From contig JBOEGD010000011.1 of NCBI GenBank assembly GCA_050633245.1, forward strand, positions 32,001-96,000: a stretch of DNA of 64,000 nucleotides. The letters are read 5' to 3'. The position numbers and the translations under genes were made by a program. The notes beneath the pieces were generated by a model. It did not search any database, was not told the origin of the DNA, and saw only the letters and a program-made list of their open reading frames with translations. This DNA is from Calditrichia bacterium (GTDB taxonomy: Bacteria > Calditrichota > Calditrichia > RBG-13-44-9 > J075). Positions 30,089-41,900 of this stretch are shown here, piece by piece. The number at the start of each line of letters is the position of its first letter. Within the stretch, counting starts at the first letter, position 1.

Positions 30089-30823
30089 TTACTTGTTCTT
30101 AACATAAATAAGCTTAAAACGTCCTTTGCTGCTTTCGCGTGATTCGATCTCAAACTTCTTTAGTGACTTGATAAGCGGAGTGAGTTTTTGATAGCCATAG
30201 TTGCGTGAATCAAAGTTTGGTTGCTTTTTTTGCAACAGGTTGCCAACGTCGCCGAGAAAGGCCCAACCGTCGTCATCGGCAAGATCGTCTATCGTACTTG
30301 TGATAAGCTTGAGTACCTGCGGCGTGATTTCGGCAACCGTAGACTTTTTGGTCGGCTTACTTTTTGTCGATTTTGCTTCATTCTCATCAGGCTGTTTTTT
30401 GAGGATTTCGATGTAGATAAAGCGATCGCATGCTACAATAAATGGATTGGGTGTCTTTTTCTCGCCTATTCCAATAACGTTCATTCCGGCTTCGCGTAGT
30501 CTTGTTGCAAGTCTGGTGAAATCGCTATCGCTGGAAACCAGGCAAAATCCATTGACTTTATTCGAATAAAGGATGTCCATTGCATCGATAATCATTGCGG
30601 AATCAGTAGCATTTTTACCGGTGGTATAGCCATATTGTTGAATCGGTGTAATTGCATTTTCGAGCAGCACTTTTTTCCACTTGGACAGCTTGGGATTCGT
30701 CCAGTCTCCGTAGATGCGTTTAATGGTGGGATTCCCATACTTTGCAATCTCCTCCATCATTTCTTTAACATATGCTGCGGGGATGTTGTCGCCATCGATT
30801 AGAACAGCAAGATTCATATCCAT
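30089..30823 (-). CDS. NYN (LabA/DUF88) domain protein with C-terminal OST-HTH/LOTUS
   Basis: AVLIDGDN, RIYGDW, GKNATD, LVSSDSDF; FDSRNYGY.KL. The start was moved to ATG 30823. Confidence 0.9.
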   Translation of the reverse strand: MDMNLAVLIDGDNIPAAYVKEMMEEIAKYGNPTIKRIYGDWTNPKLSKWKKVLLENAITPIQQYGYTTGKNATDSAMIIDAMDILYSNKVNGFCLVSSDSDFTRLATRLREAGMNVIGIGEKKTPNPFIVACDRFIYIEILKKQPDENEAKSTKSKPTKKSTVAEITPQVLKLITSTIDDLADDDGWAFLGDVGNLLQKKQPNFDSRNYGYQKLTPLIKSLKKFEIESRESSKGRFKLIYVKNK

Positions 30824-31082
30824 ATAAAAGGTTTCCTCTCCCGAGAAGCTGAGGTGAATTGTCATTTGGCGTAGTGCTGGACAATGTGGCAATATTGTGA
30901 TGTCTATGCAAGTAGTGCTTGGGTTATTATCATTTAAATCAGCGCCGGAATTGCAACATTCCGGAAGAATTCCTGCGTAATTATTCTTATGTTTATATAT
31001 CGTCAATGGATTTTGTATATTCCCAAAGATAGGATCGTATTAACATACTTATTGAAACTGAAACACATAGAAGGAGAGATTC

Positions 31083-32669
31083 ATGCCTACTGGTTTTTCA
31101 CTGAAACAACATAACATCGAAGTGACGAACATTGTTAGAAACGCCATGCCTGCAGTTTTATATCAGGAAGCAATTAAATATGAAAAAGAAGCCGCTATCG
31201 CAGATTCCGGTGCGTTGATGGTGCGCTCCGGAAAAAAAACCGGTCGTAGCCCAACAGATAAGCGCGTGGTAGAGCATATTGACTCTCAGAAAAACATCTG
31301 GTGGGGATCGGTCAATATACCGATCGACGAACATACATTCGAGACTATTCGTGAAAGAGCTCTGGACTATCTGAACTTGCAGGAAAAAATCTATGTCGTC
31401 GATGGTTTTGCTGGTTGGGATCCCCAGACTCGTATCAAAGTAAGAATTATTTGTACCCGCCCTTATCACGCGTTGTTTATGTGGAATATGTTGATTCGAC
31501 CAACAACAGAAGAGTTAAAAGAATTCGGTGACCCGGATTATACTGTTTTTAATGCCGGTCAGTTTCCAGCAAACCGTTATACGACTGGAATGACATCCAA
31601 GACCAGCGTTGATTTGTCTTTCGAGCGTGGTGAAATTGTTATTTTGGGAACAGAGTACGCAGGCGAAATGAAAAAGGGAATCTTTAGCGTGATGAACTAT
31701 ATCATGCCTGATAAGAATATTCTCTCTATGCACTGCTCTGCCAATGAAGGAGATAGCGGAGATGTTTCGCTTTTCTTTGGATTGTCCGGAACAGGTAAAA
31801 CGACTCTCTCTGCTGATGAGCGCCGCAAATTGATCGGCGATGATGAGCATTGCTGGACCGATACCGGTGTCAATAACATCGAGGGCGGTTGTTACGCCAA
31901 AGCCATCGATCTTTCCGAGGAAAAGGAGCCGGAGATTTATCAGGCCATCAAATTTGGTACGGTTCTGGAAAATGTGCGATATGATGAGCGTTCACATCAC
32001 GTAGATTACCACGACGTCTCGATTACTCAAAATACCCGTGCCTCCTATCCAATCGACTATATACCAAATGCGAAGATTCCTTGCATTGGCGGACATCCAA
32101 AGAACGTTATTTTGCTCACGTGTGATGCCTTTGGAGTGTTGCCCCCTGTTAGTAAGCTGACTCCGGATCAGGCAATGTATCACTTTATTAGTGGCTACAC
32201 TGCCAAGGTTGCCGGAACTGAAATGGGTGTAACCGAACCGGAAGCAACGTTTTCGGCTTGCTTTGGAGCAGCATTTATGGTTTGGCATCCGAGCAAGTAT
32301 GCAGAGCTTCTTGCGCAAAAGATGGAGAAGCATGGCAGTACGGCATGGTTGGTGAATACCGGCTGGACTGGCGGGCCGCATGGAGTTGGTTCACGCATTA
32401 AGTTACGCTATACACGTGCTATTATCGATGCAATTCACGACGGTACTCTTGCCAGCGTTGAGACCGCAATTGACCCGATTTTTAGTCTTGCTGTTCCGAC
32501 ATCCTGCCCGAACGTTCCTGATGAGATACTTATTCCGAAGAACACCTGGACCAATTCTTCTGACTATGACAGTCAGGCGAAGAAGCTCGCAGAGTTGTTC
32601 AATAATAACTTTGAGGAATTTAAGGAAGGTTGTAGCCAGTCTATTATTGATGCCGGACCTAAAGGCTAA
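31083..32669 (+). CDS. pckA: Phosphoenolpyruvate carboxykinase (ATP)
   Basis: [28 protein letters not shown]-loop, LIGDDEH, EGGCYAK. Confidence 0.97.
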   Translation: MPTGFSLKQHNIEVTNIVRNAMPAVLYQEAIKYEKEAAIADSGALMVRSGKKTGRSPTDKRVVEHIDSQKNIWWGSVNIPIDEHTFETIRERALDYLNLQEKIYVVDGFAGWDPQTRIKVRIICTRPYHALFMWNMLIRPTTEELKEFGDPDYTVFNAGQFPANRYTTGMTSKTSVDLSFERGEIVILGTEYAGEMKKGIFSVMNYIMPDKNILSMHCSANEGDSGDVSLFFGLSGTGKTTLSADERRKLIGDDEHCWTDTGVNNIEGGCYAKAIDLSEEKEPEIYQAIKFGTVLENVRYDERSHHVDYHDVSITQNTRASYPIDYIPNAKIPCIGGHPKNVILLTCDAFGVLPPVSKLTPDQAMYHFISGYTAKVAGTEMGVTEPEATFSACFGAAFMVWHPSKYAELLAQKMEKHGSTAWLVNTGWTGGPHGVGSRIKLRYTRAIIDAIHDGTLASVETAIDPIFSLAVPTSCPNVPDEILIPKNTWTNSSDYDSQAKKLAELFNNNFEEFKEGCSQSIIDAGPKG

Positions 32670-32687
32670 AATTGCCTGTTGTAAACT

Positions 32688-32729
32688 TAAAGAAGCCGCA
32701 CGTTAATCGATTAACGTGCGGCTTCTTTA
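32688..32729. terminator. 42-bp perfect palindrome, bidirectional terminator
   Basis: TAAAGAAGCCGCACGTTAATC|GATTAACGTGCGGCTTCTTTA between convergent genes, with a T-rich tail. Confidence 0.8.
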
Positions 32730-32753
32730 TTTTATTTTAAATGTTCTTCCTGC

Positions 32754-34484
32754 TTATCTGGTCGTTGCCAATCGAAATGCTGCCATTTCCTGGGCATTAC
32801 GCACCAACAAAATGTCGTCTACCAAAACCGGGTGATTCCACGTCTTACCACTAATTGCCGGCACTTCAGCCAGCTGATTCCATTTCTCGGGAGTTGCGGA
32901 AGCCAGAGCAAGCTTACCCTTTTCGGAAATAATGACCAACAGATCTTGCTGAGGAAGCAGAAAGAGTTGGCCACTGCCATAGCGACCACCTTTCCAAACT
33001 CGCTTACCATCTTTTAAATCCATACAGGCTAAAATACGTCCATCAATCCCATAGGCATAACCTTCATGAATGACGAAGTCGCTGAAATAAGGTTTTAAAC
33101 GAATGGAGGTATACACTTCTTTTGTTGTCCAGCTGCCCGAGTTTTGTATAATGTTAATGCGCCTTAAGCCGCTCCCCTGATTGACGCTTATCATCACATC
33201 GCCATCACTGGTGATGGCCGGCTGGACAATTGGATAACCGTCCCAGTCGTGTTTCCACAGAAGCTTTCCGCTACCCGGATTTACGCTAACGAGTCCATCC
33301 CCATTAAGTTGAAGAATTTGTCGTACGCCGTCAATGCTTGCCAAATGCGGTGAGCTATAGCCACCGCCGCCTTTCGGACCGTTCCAGATGACCTCACCAC
33401 TAAGCATATCGTATGCAATGATCGCTCCGGAAGCTGCTACATAAACAGTGCTATCGATGACCAAAGGAGAGCCCGAATAACCCCAAGTGGGTGTTTTTGT
33501 CCCGGTGTCATCGCTCGCATTACGAGTCCAGATCTGCTTTCCGGTTGCGGCATTTAGCGCATTTACGATGCCCGTTGCACCTAGCGTAAATACGCGTCCG
33601 GAATGAAGCGTTGGTGTTCCGCGTGGCCCGGCTCCGGCATTGGATTCCCAAAAACGAACGTTGTCTCCATAGCGCCAGACAGGGTCACCTGAACTAAGCC
33701 TGTAGCAGGAAACCATTTCTTCTTCGCCACGTTGTTCCTGAGTAAAAAACACATCGCCTTGCGCTGCAAATGAAGACCAGCCGGGACCGATCTCTTGTCG
33801 CCATATCTCCACAGGTGGATTCGATTGCCAGTCGGTTGAGATGATCTTGTCTGTAATGACTCCATCGCGGTTTGTGCCACGGTAGCCGGCCCACTTAACT
33901 AGGGTGCTATCTGTTATGGCGGCATTTGCCTTCGCCATATGCTCCGCTGAACCTGCAATCAATCTGTCTTCCCGCGTTTCGGACCAGCGCCATGCAAAGT
34001 CGTGTTCTAAATCGCTGGTAAAGCCACCCGTTTGCACCAACGCCCAAAACAAACAAGGTAGGAAAATAGCTGCGGCCATGGTTGCCCAACGCATGTTCCC
34101 ACTAAAACGATCGCTAAAATAAGCCCATAGAACGAAGGATAGCGAAAGTAGTGGAATTGCATAGATTGGAAACATCATTCCCATCATTCCGGTTGCAACT
34201 GAAGCATGAAGTAAAAAGGGGGTTGTTACCATTGCAACGATCATGAGCAGCGCGCCGACCAGGCGCTCTTTCTTTTCAGCCTTGCTAAAAAAGGCCCACC
34301 ATATGAGTATTAGGGCTCCGGCGAGCAGTCCGCCCATAATACCGATTGGTAAAGCCTCAGGGTAGACCATGGGAACAATAAATCTTAAAACCCACTGAGT
34401 GGCAACGATTGCAATCGCCGGCCAAAGACGAAGAGATGTTTGATTAGAAGAGGTATTGGTGTTCATAAGATGTTCCTGTTTCAT
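32754..34484 (-). CDS. PQQ-like beta-propeller repeat protein with N-terminal multi-pass membrane domain
   Basis: About 5 TM helices, then W.GYRG.NRDG, GPGWSS, GPRGTP, YSSP and KTWNHP propeller motifs. Confidence 0.82.
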   Translation of the reverse strand: MKQEHLMNTNTSSNQTSLRLWPAIAIVATQWVLRFIVPMVYPEALPIGIMGGLLAGALILIWWAFFSKAEKKERLVGALLMIVAMVTTPFLLHASVATGMMGMMFPIYAIPLLSLSFVLWAYFSDRFSGNMRWATMAAAIFLPCLFWALVQTGGFTSDLEHDFAWRWSETREDRLIAGSAEHMAKANAAITDSTLVKWAGYRGTNRDGVITDKIISTDWQSNPPVEIWRQEIGPGWSSFAAQGDVFFTQEQRGEEEMVSCYRLSSGDPVWRYGDNVRFWESNAGAGPRGTPTLHSGRVFTLGATGIVNALNAATGKQIWTRNASDDTGTKTPTWGYSGSPLVIDSTVYVAASGAIIAYDMLSGEVIWNGPKGGGGYSSPHLASIDGVRQILQLNGDGLVSVNPGSGKLLWKHDWDGYPIVQPAITSDGDVMISVNQGSGLRRINIIQNSGSWTTKEVYTSIRLKPYFSDFVIHEGYAYGIDGRILACMDLKDGKRVWKGGRYGSGQLFLLPQQDLLVIISEKGKLALASATPEKWNQLAEVPAISGKTWNHPVLVDDILLVRNAQEMAAFRLATTR

Positions 34485-34752
34485 AAATAGGATGTAGTTT
34501 CATTCGCTTAGCTTACGGGATCTCGATGGCTATGTTACTGTTAAAATATCGAAATCTGCCGAACCCGAATTTCTTGTACGAATTGGTAGATGAATTCGGT
34601 TTACATTTTAATAAAATGTAGTGAATTTTCTATGATTTAACAATTTCTATGGTGGGATTGCGGACATTGGTTAATTGGATGGACACATCATGGAATCGGC
34701 CTGCCAATGGCTATCGTGCAAGGCACAACACCTTTTGGCAGGCTTTTTTCCG

Positions 34753-35496
34753 TTAAGTCTGTTTTTCGAAAACAAAGGCTCTGTTGCGGAAAATCGTGGA
34801 GTTTGGAAAATAGCCGCAATCCTTATAGAACAACATTTTAAAGCCAAGCCTTTCGGCGGTTGCTATGATGTCGGCGTCTACAATTCCCCATTGCCAGATG
34901 TGGTGCACATCCCGCCACGGACGATTATGGTGGGGGTGAATGTCATTAATTTTATCAAAAAGAGTGGCATAAACCGGATTGCCCAATGCTCCCGGAACAG
35001 TATTCAGATATGTTTCCGGGCCCAGATCCAGAAGGCGTGTCGTTTCCTGCCCTGGCCACTGCTGGTTTAAGATTACCAAATAGCGGGTTCTGTCGGCATA
35101 CATCTCCATAACGTCATCCCAATGTGGATTCACCTGATGTAAAAGCACATCAAACATAAATACTGCATCTACTTTCCCAACTTGTTGTGCGACGAGCGGG
35201 TTTCCAAAATTGCCTTCAATGCACTGTAAGTTGCTTAGCTGATCTGCTGCTGCTTTTACTCTATCGTTAAAATGTGTGTCTACCAGACATGCCCGTTCTA
35301 CATGATGTTTGCGAAGGGCATACAAGGTATAAGCGCCATCGACCCCCCAGACGCCACCTAGATCGGCAAAAGACTTCGCTCCGGGTGAACAGCGAGAAAA
35401 TACATAGTCGATGATCTCTGCTTTATCATAGTTGAATTTTATCGTTTTGCCCTGTTGCGGCAGAATGGCGGCGTTCTGAATGTCGGTGGTGATCAT
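34753..35496 (-). CDS. Putative class I SAM-dependent methyltransferase
   Basis: SFADLGGVWG motif-I-like, acidic LVD, DAVFMFDVLLHQ motif. Confidence 0.6.
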   Translation of the reverse strand: MITTDIQNAAILPQQGKTIKFNYDKAEIIDYVFSRCSPGAKSFADLGGVWGVDGAYTLYALRKHHVERACLVDTHFNDRVKAAADQLSNLQCIEGNFGNPLVAQQVGKVDAVFMFDVLLHQVNPHWDDVMEMYADRTRYLVILNQQWPGQETTRLLDLGPETYLNTVPGALGNPVYATLFDKINDIHPHHNRPWRDVHHIWQWGIVDADIIATAERLGFKMLFYKDCGYFPNSTIFRNRAFVFEKQT

Positions 35497-35899
35497 CTCA
35501 CTCTCCCTGAGTAAAAAAATGTGATTGGTAATCGTTTGTATGCAAACGTTCGAATCGATGACCGAGTCAATCCGGTCTAAAAGCGTATTTCAAATTTTAT
35601 TGGTATCGTTAGTATCGGTTCAGCGACAGTTTAGTTTAATGAAGGTCTGATTTTTATACTGTTTTTGGGTGAGATATTCAAATGGTAGCCAAACTCCTCG
35701 GATTAGAAAGGATGCAGCCTATGTAATGATGAGTCGATAATAGAGGTTATGCGTACTGGGACCTCCCCACATTTCTTGTATGCCAAAACCCGGTGCTTAG
35801 AGAAAGCGCTTTGCAAGATTGTCAAGCTGCGGGGCTTGTGAGGATTAACCCCTTGAAGGAGTTTGCACGACATTGCTGAACTCAATCACACTGAAGATT

Positions 35900-37798
35900 T
35901 CAATCCTTTGTTCGCATTATCAGCAATATCGCGGATGTAGCAGGGAGCGTAATATTTCCCTCTGTTAAATCGTACGTTGCTTCTGTTAAAACGTTTTTTG
36001 CTGAGCTGAATTTTTTTAGAATTTCGCTATAGGGAGTAAGGTCTACAATTTTGTCTTTCGTGTTCTTATTAAAGATGGACATGGTGGTTGTGGTTTCGTC
36101 GTGTCTAAAAAATACGTACACCTCATTTCGCGGAGCGAAGTGTGTGAGTTTGCCATTGTGCAAAACTTTGGTGTTTTTTCTGAAGTGTATCAGCTTACGC
36201 ATAAAAGCTTTTATATTGCGTTGTTCCTCTGTAAGACCAGCTCCTGTAAAGGCATTTATGCTGTCGTTCTTCCAGCCACCCGGCATGTCTGCGCGAATAA
36301 GAGAGTGATCGCGCGGGATTTCTGTATTACTCATTAGAACTTCAGTACCGTAAAAAATCTGCGGTATGCCTCGTGTAGTGAATAAATAGATCATGCCCAT
36401 TTTAAATAGGTTGATATTCTCATTTACCTGATTTATAAAACGTGGCATATCGTGATTGTCCAGAAAGACTACCAGATTGTACGGATCTGAGTACAAAAAA
36501 TCGTTTGCCAACATCTCGTAGACCGGGTTAAATGTATTGGAATATGGTCTGGCTTCACCGTTTAGCGATGATATGAGAGCGCTTTGCAGTGGAAAGTCCA
36601 TTAGTGAGGGCAAAAACGATTCAATGCCTCCATTGTTCGGCACGCCAGCCTGCCATCGTGAAACAATGATCGGGTTTTCAGACCACTCTTCTCCGACAAT
36701 ATTGAAGTTCGGATATTCTTCCATCACTCGCCGGGACCACGTTGCCATAAAGTCGGCATCCGGGTAGGGATAGGTATCTTGCCTCACCCCGCCGATATTC
36801 GCGTATTCAATCCACCAAATTGAATTCTGAATAAGATAGTTCGCCAGCAAGGGGTTTTTCTGATTTAAGTCCGGCATAATTGTATCGAACCATCCATCAG
36901 TATGCATTTGTTTATCTATATCTGACGCATATGGATCGGTAATGGTCGTGCGCTTGTGAGTAGAGTATGGCTTCTTTTCACTACCCTGATAGTTATACCA
37001 ATCACTCGTTGGCTCATCGCCAGTCCACCAATGAAACAGTCCACAGTGATTGGCAATCATATCCATAACCAGCAGAATTCCACGCTTTTTTGCCTCGGCC
37101 GATAGTCTCTTATAGTCTGCATTTGAACCAAAACGTTCATCTACCTTATAGTAGTTTGTTGTTGCATAGCCGTGGTAGGAATAGCGCTCCATATTGTTCT
37201 CGAGTAGTGGATTCAGCCATAGCGCGGTAAATCCCATATCCTGAATATAATCGAGATGATCAATCAATCCCTGGATATCTCCACCGTGCCTGCCACCTTT
37301 ATTGGTTCGATCCGACTTTTCGCGCATCCATTGAACGGTGTCATTCGATTCATCGCCATTGGCAAATCTATCAGGTGTCACAAGATACATAATGTCTTTA
37401 TTTGAAAACCCGCGGCGCAGTTTAGACTGTTTGTCTCGTGCTAGCAGTTGATAGGAATATGAAAAAACGGTGTTTTGCTCATTGTCCTTGAATTCAATCG
37501 GAAACGTTCCGGGTTTAACGTCTTTCTCAAGCTTTATATTTAGAAAGAGATAGTTGGGGTTTTCAACCATCGCTACGTTTTCCAGAGTAACACCTTCGTA
37601 GCTAAGTGAGGGGGTTAAGCCGTTAATTTTTTTGCCATGAACCAGCAGTTGCAGTTGGGAACTTGTCATTCCTGCCCACCAAAAGGGCGGCTCTATTTTA
37701 TCTATAATGGGCTTTTCTTGGGCAGCACAAATTGGCAGTATAGCATAAGCGAACAGCAGAATTAAGGCACTAACTCTTCCGGTCATTCCAGATGGCAT
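35900..37798 (-). CDS. GH13 neopullulanase/cyclomaltodextrinase (SusA-like)
   Basis: IEPPFWWAGM N-domain, PDRFANGD, SYHGY, DMIANH, RQDTYPY, VGEEW, FLDNHD. Confidence 0.9.
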   Translation of the reverse strand: MPSGMTGRVSALILLFAYAILPICAAQEKPIIDKIEPPFWWAGMTSSQLQLLVHGKKINGLTPSLSYEGVTLENVAMVENPNYLFLNIKLEKDVKPGTFPIEFKDNEQNTVFSYSYQLLARDKQSKLRRGFSNKDIMYLVTPDRFANGDESNDTVQWMREKSDRTNKGGRHGGDIQGLIDHLDYIQDMGFTALWLNPLLENNMERYSYHGYATTNYYKVDERFGSNADYKRLSAEAKKRGILLVMDMIANHCGLFHWWTGDEPTSDWYNYQGSEKKPYSTHKRTTITDPYASDIDKQMHTDGWFDTIMPDLNQKNPLLANYLIQNSIWWIEYANIGGVRQDTYPYPDADFMATWSRRVMEEYPNFNIVGEEWSENPIIVSRWQAGVPNNGGIESFLPSLMDFPLQSALISSLNGEARPYSNTFNPVYEMLANDFLYSDPYNLVVFLDNHDMPRFINQVNENINLFKMGMIYLFTTRGIPQIFYGTEVLMSNTEIPRDHSLIRADMPGGWKNDSINAFTGAGLTEEQRNIKAFMRKLIHFRKNTKVLHNGKLTHFAPRNEVYVFFRHDETTTTMSIFNKNTKDKIVDLTPYSEILKKFSSAKNVLTEATYDLTEGNITLPATSAILLIMRTKD

Positions 37799-37909
37799 TT
37801 TTACGTCTCCTTGAATGTTTTCTATCTGCATAAGATTAACGATGTATTGTCAAAATGAAAAGGGGTAGTGCAAGAATTGGGAAATTGGGGTTAGGGAACA
37901 TGTGAAAGT

Positions 37910-38641
37910 TTAAGTGCGAGCTACCTCATCCAGAGTGCTTACTGTTTCCATTGTCGTCGAATCATTGTCGAGGGAAGCAGAATAGGCATGAAATGAGACA
38001 TTGCCTTGGTCGATTGGCAGCGCTTTTGTCAATGCCCGAATTGCAGACCTGTTAATTCCGCCACCGATTACAATTTCTATTTGCCTGTTCGAAGCTTCTA
38101 TGAGGCGTGAGAGTTTTTGCTTGCCTTTGGTAGCCGGTTGGCGCCCTTGCCAATTGGTGCCGCTTGTTAGAACCCGGTCTACCCCAAAGTCAATCAGAAT
38201 TTGCAGTGCTTCGAAGGCGTCCGGTGTAGCATCAAACGCTCGATGGAAAGTTGTCGTGAGATTGTTTTTCCGACTTAGATTAACGAGGATATCGAGAGCC
38301 GGTAAGCTGAGACGGAAATCTGTTTTCTGCAGGACCCCAAATACAACGCCGTCTGCTCTGATTGCTGCGGCCATCTCAATTTGTTGTTTCATTAGGGTCA
38401 GCTCACTGGTTGAATAGCAGAAGTTGTCGGCTCGTGGACGAATCATGACCATCAGCCCCGGACGGTCTTTAAAAGCTTTGCGAGCTTCAGAAATATGCTC
38501 TTTGCCGGGCGTTAATCCATCTAAATGCATGGCCGCACAAAGCTCAACACGCGCGGCTCCACCGTAGTAAGCAGCCGATACGGCATCATATACGCTCTGA
38601 GGACCATCACAGTTTATGCAGATTTCAAGGTCAACTTTCAT
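37910..38641 (-). CDS. cutC: Copper homeostasis protein CutC family
   Basis: LEIC, RVELC...GLTP, VMIRPR, DGVVFG, TFHRAFD, RVLTSG. The start was moved to ATG 38641. Confidence 0.88.
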   Translation of the reverse strand: MKVDLEICINCDGPQSVYDAVSAAYYGGAARVELCAAMHLDGLTPGKEHISEARKAFKDRPGLMVMIRPRADNFCYSTSELTLMKQQIEMAAAIRADGVVFGVLQKTDFRLSLPALDILVNLSRKNNLTTTFHRAFDATPDAFEALQILIDFGVDRVLTSGTNWQGRQPATKGKQKLSRLIEASNRQIEIVIGGGINRSAIRALTKALPIDQGNVSFHAYSASLDNDSTTMETVSTLDEVART

Positions 38642-38981
38642 TATACTCTTTCTGAATATCTGAATTAGTAATTCCATCAAAGATAAAAAATATGAGTTGT
38701 TTGGAATAATGCAATTAATCACATGGATTTTTAAGGGAACTGCTTACTTGTTGTGGATTAGTAAAGAATTATGTAAAAACTTAAACCTCATCAAATTCAG
38801 TTGTTCATTTGGTGCTGTTTTTACGTAAGATTGACCACCTCTTTGGATAGGTTCTCGGGATGGGGATTTACCCACAAAAAAATTCATCCGTTTGCTGGAC
38901 GATACTTATGGTCTTTTGAAATAGACTCTAAGCCCTCCTGCACCAATTTGAATCGGATAAGAACGAGAGGTTTAAAAACTC

Positions 38982-41900
38982 TTGAAAATTTCCTGCCTGG
39001 CTATATGCAACGTACGCGGAACCTCATGGCTAATGCTTCTTCAAGCATTGTTATATTCTTTCCACTTCTCATTTGGCGGCAACTTTGTTTTTGCTCAAAC
39101 AATTGTTCAAGAGTCTGATAACCGTGGAAGAGAAGCCGGCGTTCCTTTTATAACGACCTTTGATGCGAAAGTGTATGGTGGCGATCAACAAAATTGGGAC
39201 ATAATTCAGGATGAGCGTGGCATTATGTATGTCGCCAATCAGTTTTGCCTTCTCGAATACGATGCTGTGGAGTGGAGGCAAATATATCCAGGATCAAAAA
39301 TGTCGGTACGATCCCTGGCAAAAGATTCCTCTGGACGCATTTGGTTAGGTGCTGCGAAGGACTTTGGTTATCTGGCTGCCGATTCAACCGGCTCTTTGCA
39401 GTTACAGTCACAATTAGAACTTTTACCTGAGGAGCTACGTGTAACCGAGCAGCGCTGGTCAGTCGCGGTCACCTCAGAAGATATATATTTCTATACCGAG
39501 AATTTGATCCTTAGGTGGTCAGATAATGCAGAAATTGTAGCCATTCAATATCCTGTAGGCGGTATAGATAAGGCCTTTGTTATTGCAGATCAACTGTATC
39601 TTCGTCAGCCGGGTCTTGGGTTGCATAGACTGGAAGGAGATTCACTGGTCTCTATTCCGGGTGGAGAACAGTTTGCTGATATCAAGGCTCTCTTCGTACT
39701 GCCGCATCCCCAAAGCAATGTAAATCCTGCTACAAAACAGTTCTTGGTTGGGACTCCCCGCAATGGTCTTTTTGAATACGACGGCGTTAATTTTCGCCGC
39801 TTTCAAACTGAGGCAGATGCCTATCTGGCAGAGAATGATCTTATTTGTGGCGTAGTTCTTCCTAATGGTGATTTCGTATTTGGAACGCGTCACGGAGGGA
39901 TAGTCAGCACCGACCACCTTGGAGAGCTGTTGCTTATCCGGAACAAAGAGAACGGGCTTCCAAACAATACTGTTTACAATTTGTATTCCGATCGTGAAGG
40001 GGGACTTTGGCTGGCTTTGAATAAGGGGCTGGCAAAGATTGAATTAAATAGCCCATTAACCGGTTACGACATGACCCCATCGTTAAAAAGTGGAGTTACC
40101 GGGATGGTGCGGCATCGGGGAAAGTTATACGTGTCAACTGCTGAAGGAGTCTTTTGGTTGGAGCCTGGGCAGTCTGGTGCACTCCCGAAGTTCATGCCTG
40201 TTGAAGGAAAGGAGAACCTTTGTGGTGTTTTGCTTTCTGTCGAAAGCCAGTTGTTTGTGGTAAGTGTATCAGGCCTTTATGTAATCGAGGATTATCGTGC
40301 TCGCATGTTTTACCCGCGAGATAAAGTTCATATTCTCTGGGTTTACCGTTCGAGATTCGATTCAAGTCGGGTTTATCTGGGACTGCGAGGTGGATTGGCC
40401 TGGATGCAGAAAATCGATGGAAAATGGACATTTAGTGATCCGATTCCGAGAATAAGTGAGATTGTCGAAGGAATAGCCGAAGAGAGTGCGAATGTACTGT
40501 GGTTAACCACTCGTTACGGCACGGCGACCCGGGTTAGTGCACCCTTTGCCCGGAAGCCCTTCCATGCCGATTCCGGAGAGATCGTTATTGAAAAATTTAA
40601 TGAGACACACGGGCTTGGTAAGAGCTGGGTTGAAGGAACGCTTATCCGGGATAAGTTGTTGTTTGTAACGCACAACGGGCTGAGGCGATTTGATCAGGAC
40701 AGTCGCACATTTCTACCCGAACCCATTTTTAACGGGCTCTTTACTGATTCTTCTCGTGTTTTGAGCGGTAAATTCTTTGACCTCGACAATCGGGGGCGGC
40801 TCTGGACAGCGCGATCCGGATCCGAAATCGGCATGGCTGCTATCGGTGAGGACGGCAAATACAAATGGAATCCCGAGCCTTTTCACCGGATAGAAGATTT
40901 TGGAGAAGTCTGGATTTTCTATATCGATGAGAAGGTCCCGGGCGTTTACTGGTTTGGCGGTGCGGATGGTGTTATGCGTTATGATGACTCCATTGCGAAG
41001 AATTATAGTACCCGTTATCCAGCCTTGATTCGGCGGCTTATCGTGAATGGAGATTCAATCTTATATGATGGGGCTGAGATCGACGGTAGTGATGGCATTA
41101 AATCACTCACCTTGTCGTATGAGGACAATACGATACGATTGGATTTTGCTGCACCCTATTTCGACAAAAATGAATCGAATGAATACCAATTCTTTCTTGA
41201 GGGCTTTGACAGCGATTGGTCGCATTGGACGCATGAAACTATGGTAGACTATCGACAATTGCCCGAAGGTCGCTACACGTTTCATGTTCGTGCCAGAAAC
41301 GTTTATAAACAGGACGGCCAGGAGACACAGTTTCGATTTGAAATTCAGCCACCCTGGTATCGTAGCTGGTGGAGTTATATGCTCTATGCATGCCTCTTGC
41401 TAGGTTTTTTCTACTTTTTAAGACGATATGAAATGAGCCGCCAGCGCTTTAAATATCAGGCTGAACTGGAGAAGGTAGAAAGTGAGAAACTAAAAGAATT
41501 GGATACGATAAAATCGGATTTCTTTGCCAATATTTCGCATGAATTTCGGACACCCTTGACGCTGATTCTGGGGCCCGCTGAACAATTGGTGGAAGAAAAT
41601 AATGGCTCTGTACAAAAAAAAGCCAACTTGATTCGTCGCAATGCTCAACGACTTCTGCAATTGACAAATCAAATACAAGACCTGTCCAAACTTGAGAGTG
41701 GTGGGCTACCGCTAAAGGTTCGGCAAGGAGACTTTGTCGCTTTCCTAAAGGGTCTGACGATGTCTTTTGAATCGCTTGCTGCGAACAAGCAGATAGATTT
41801 GCGCTTTGATTCTAATAACCCACAGAGCGTAAATTATTTTGATCAGGATAAAATCGAGAAAATTTTTTCTAACCTATTATCGAATGCGCTAAAATTTACT

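Noticed and set aside
30089-30823. NYN domain as an anti-phage or toxin system
   Set aside because: Stand-alone LabA/DUF88-OST-HTH genes are widespread, and there is no partner or defence-island context here.
35500-35900. Riboswitch or ncRNA in the long intergenic region (also 53320-53750 and 58730-59110)
   Set aside because: No conserved riboswitch, tRNA or sRNA motif recognisable by eye; an Rfam/Infernal scan would be needed.
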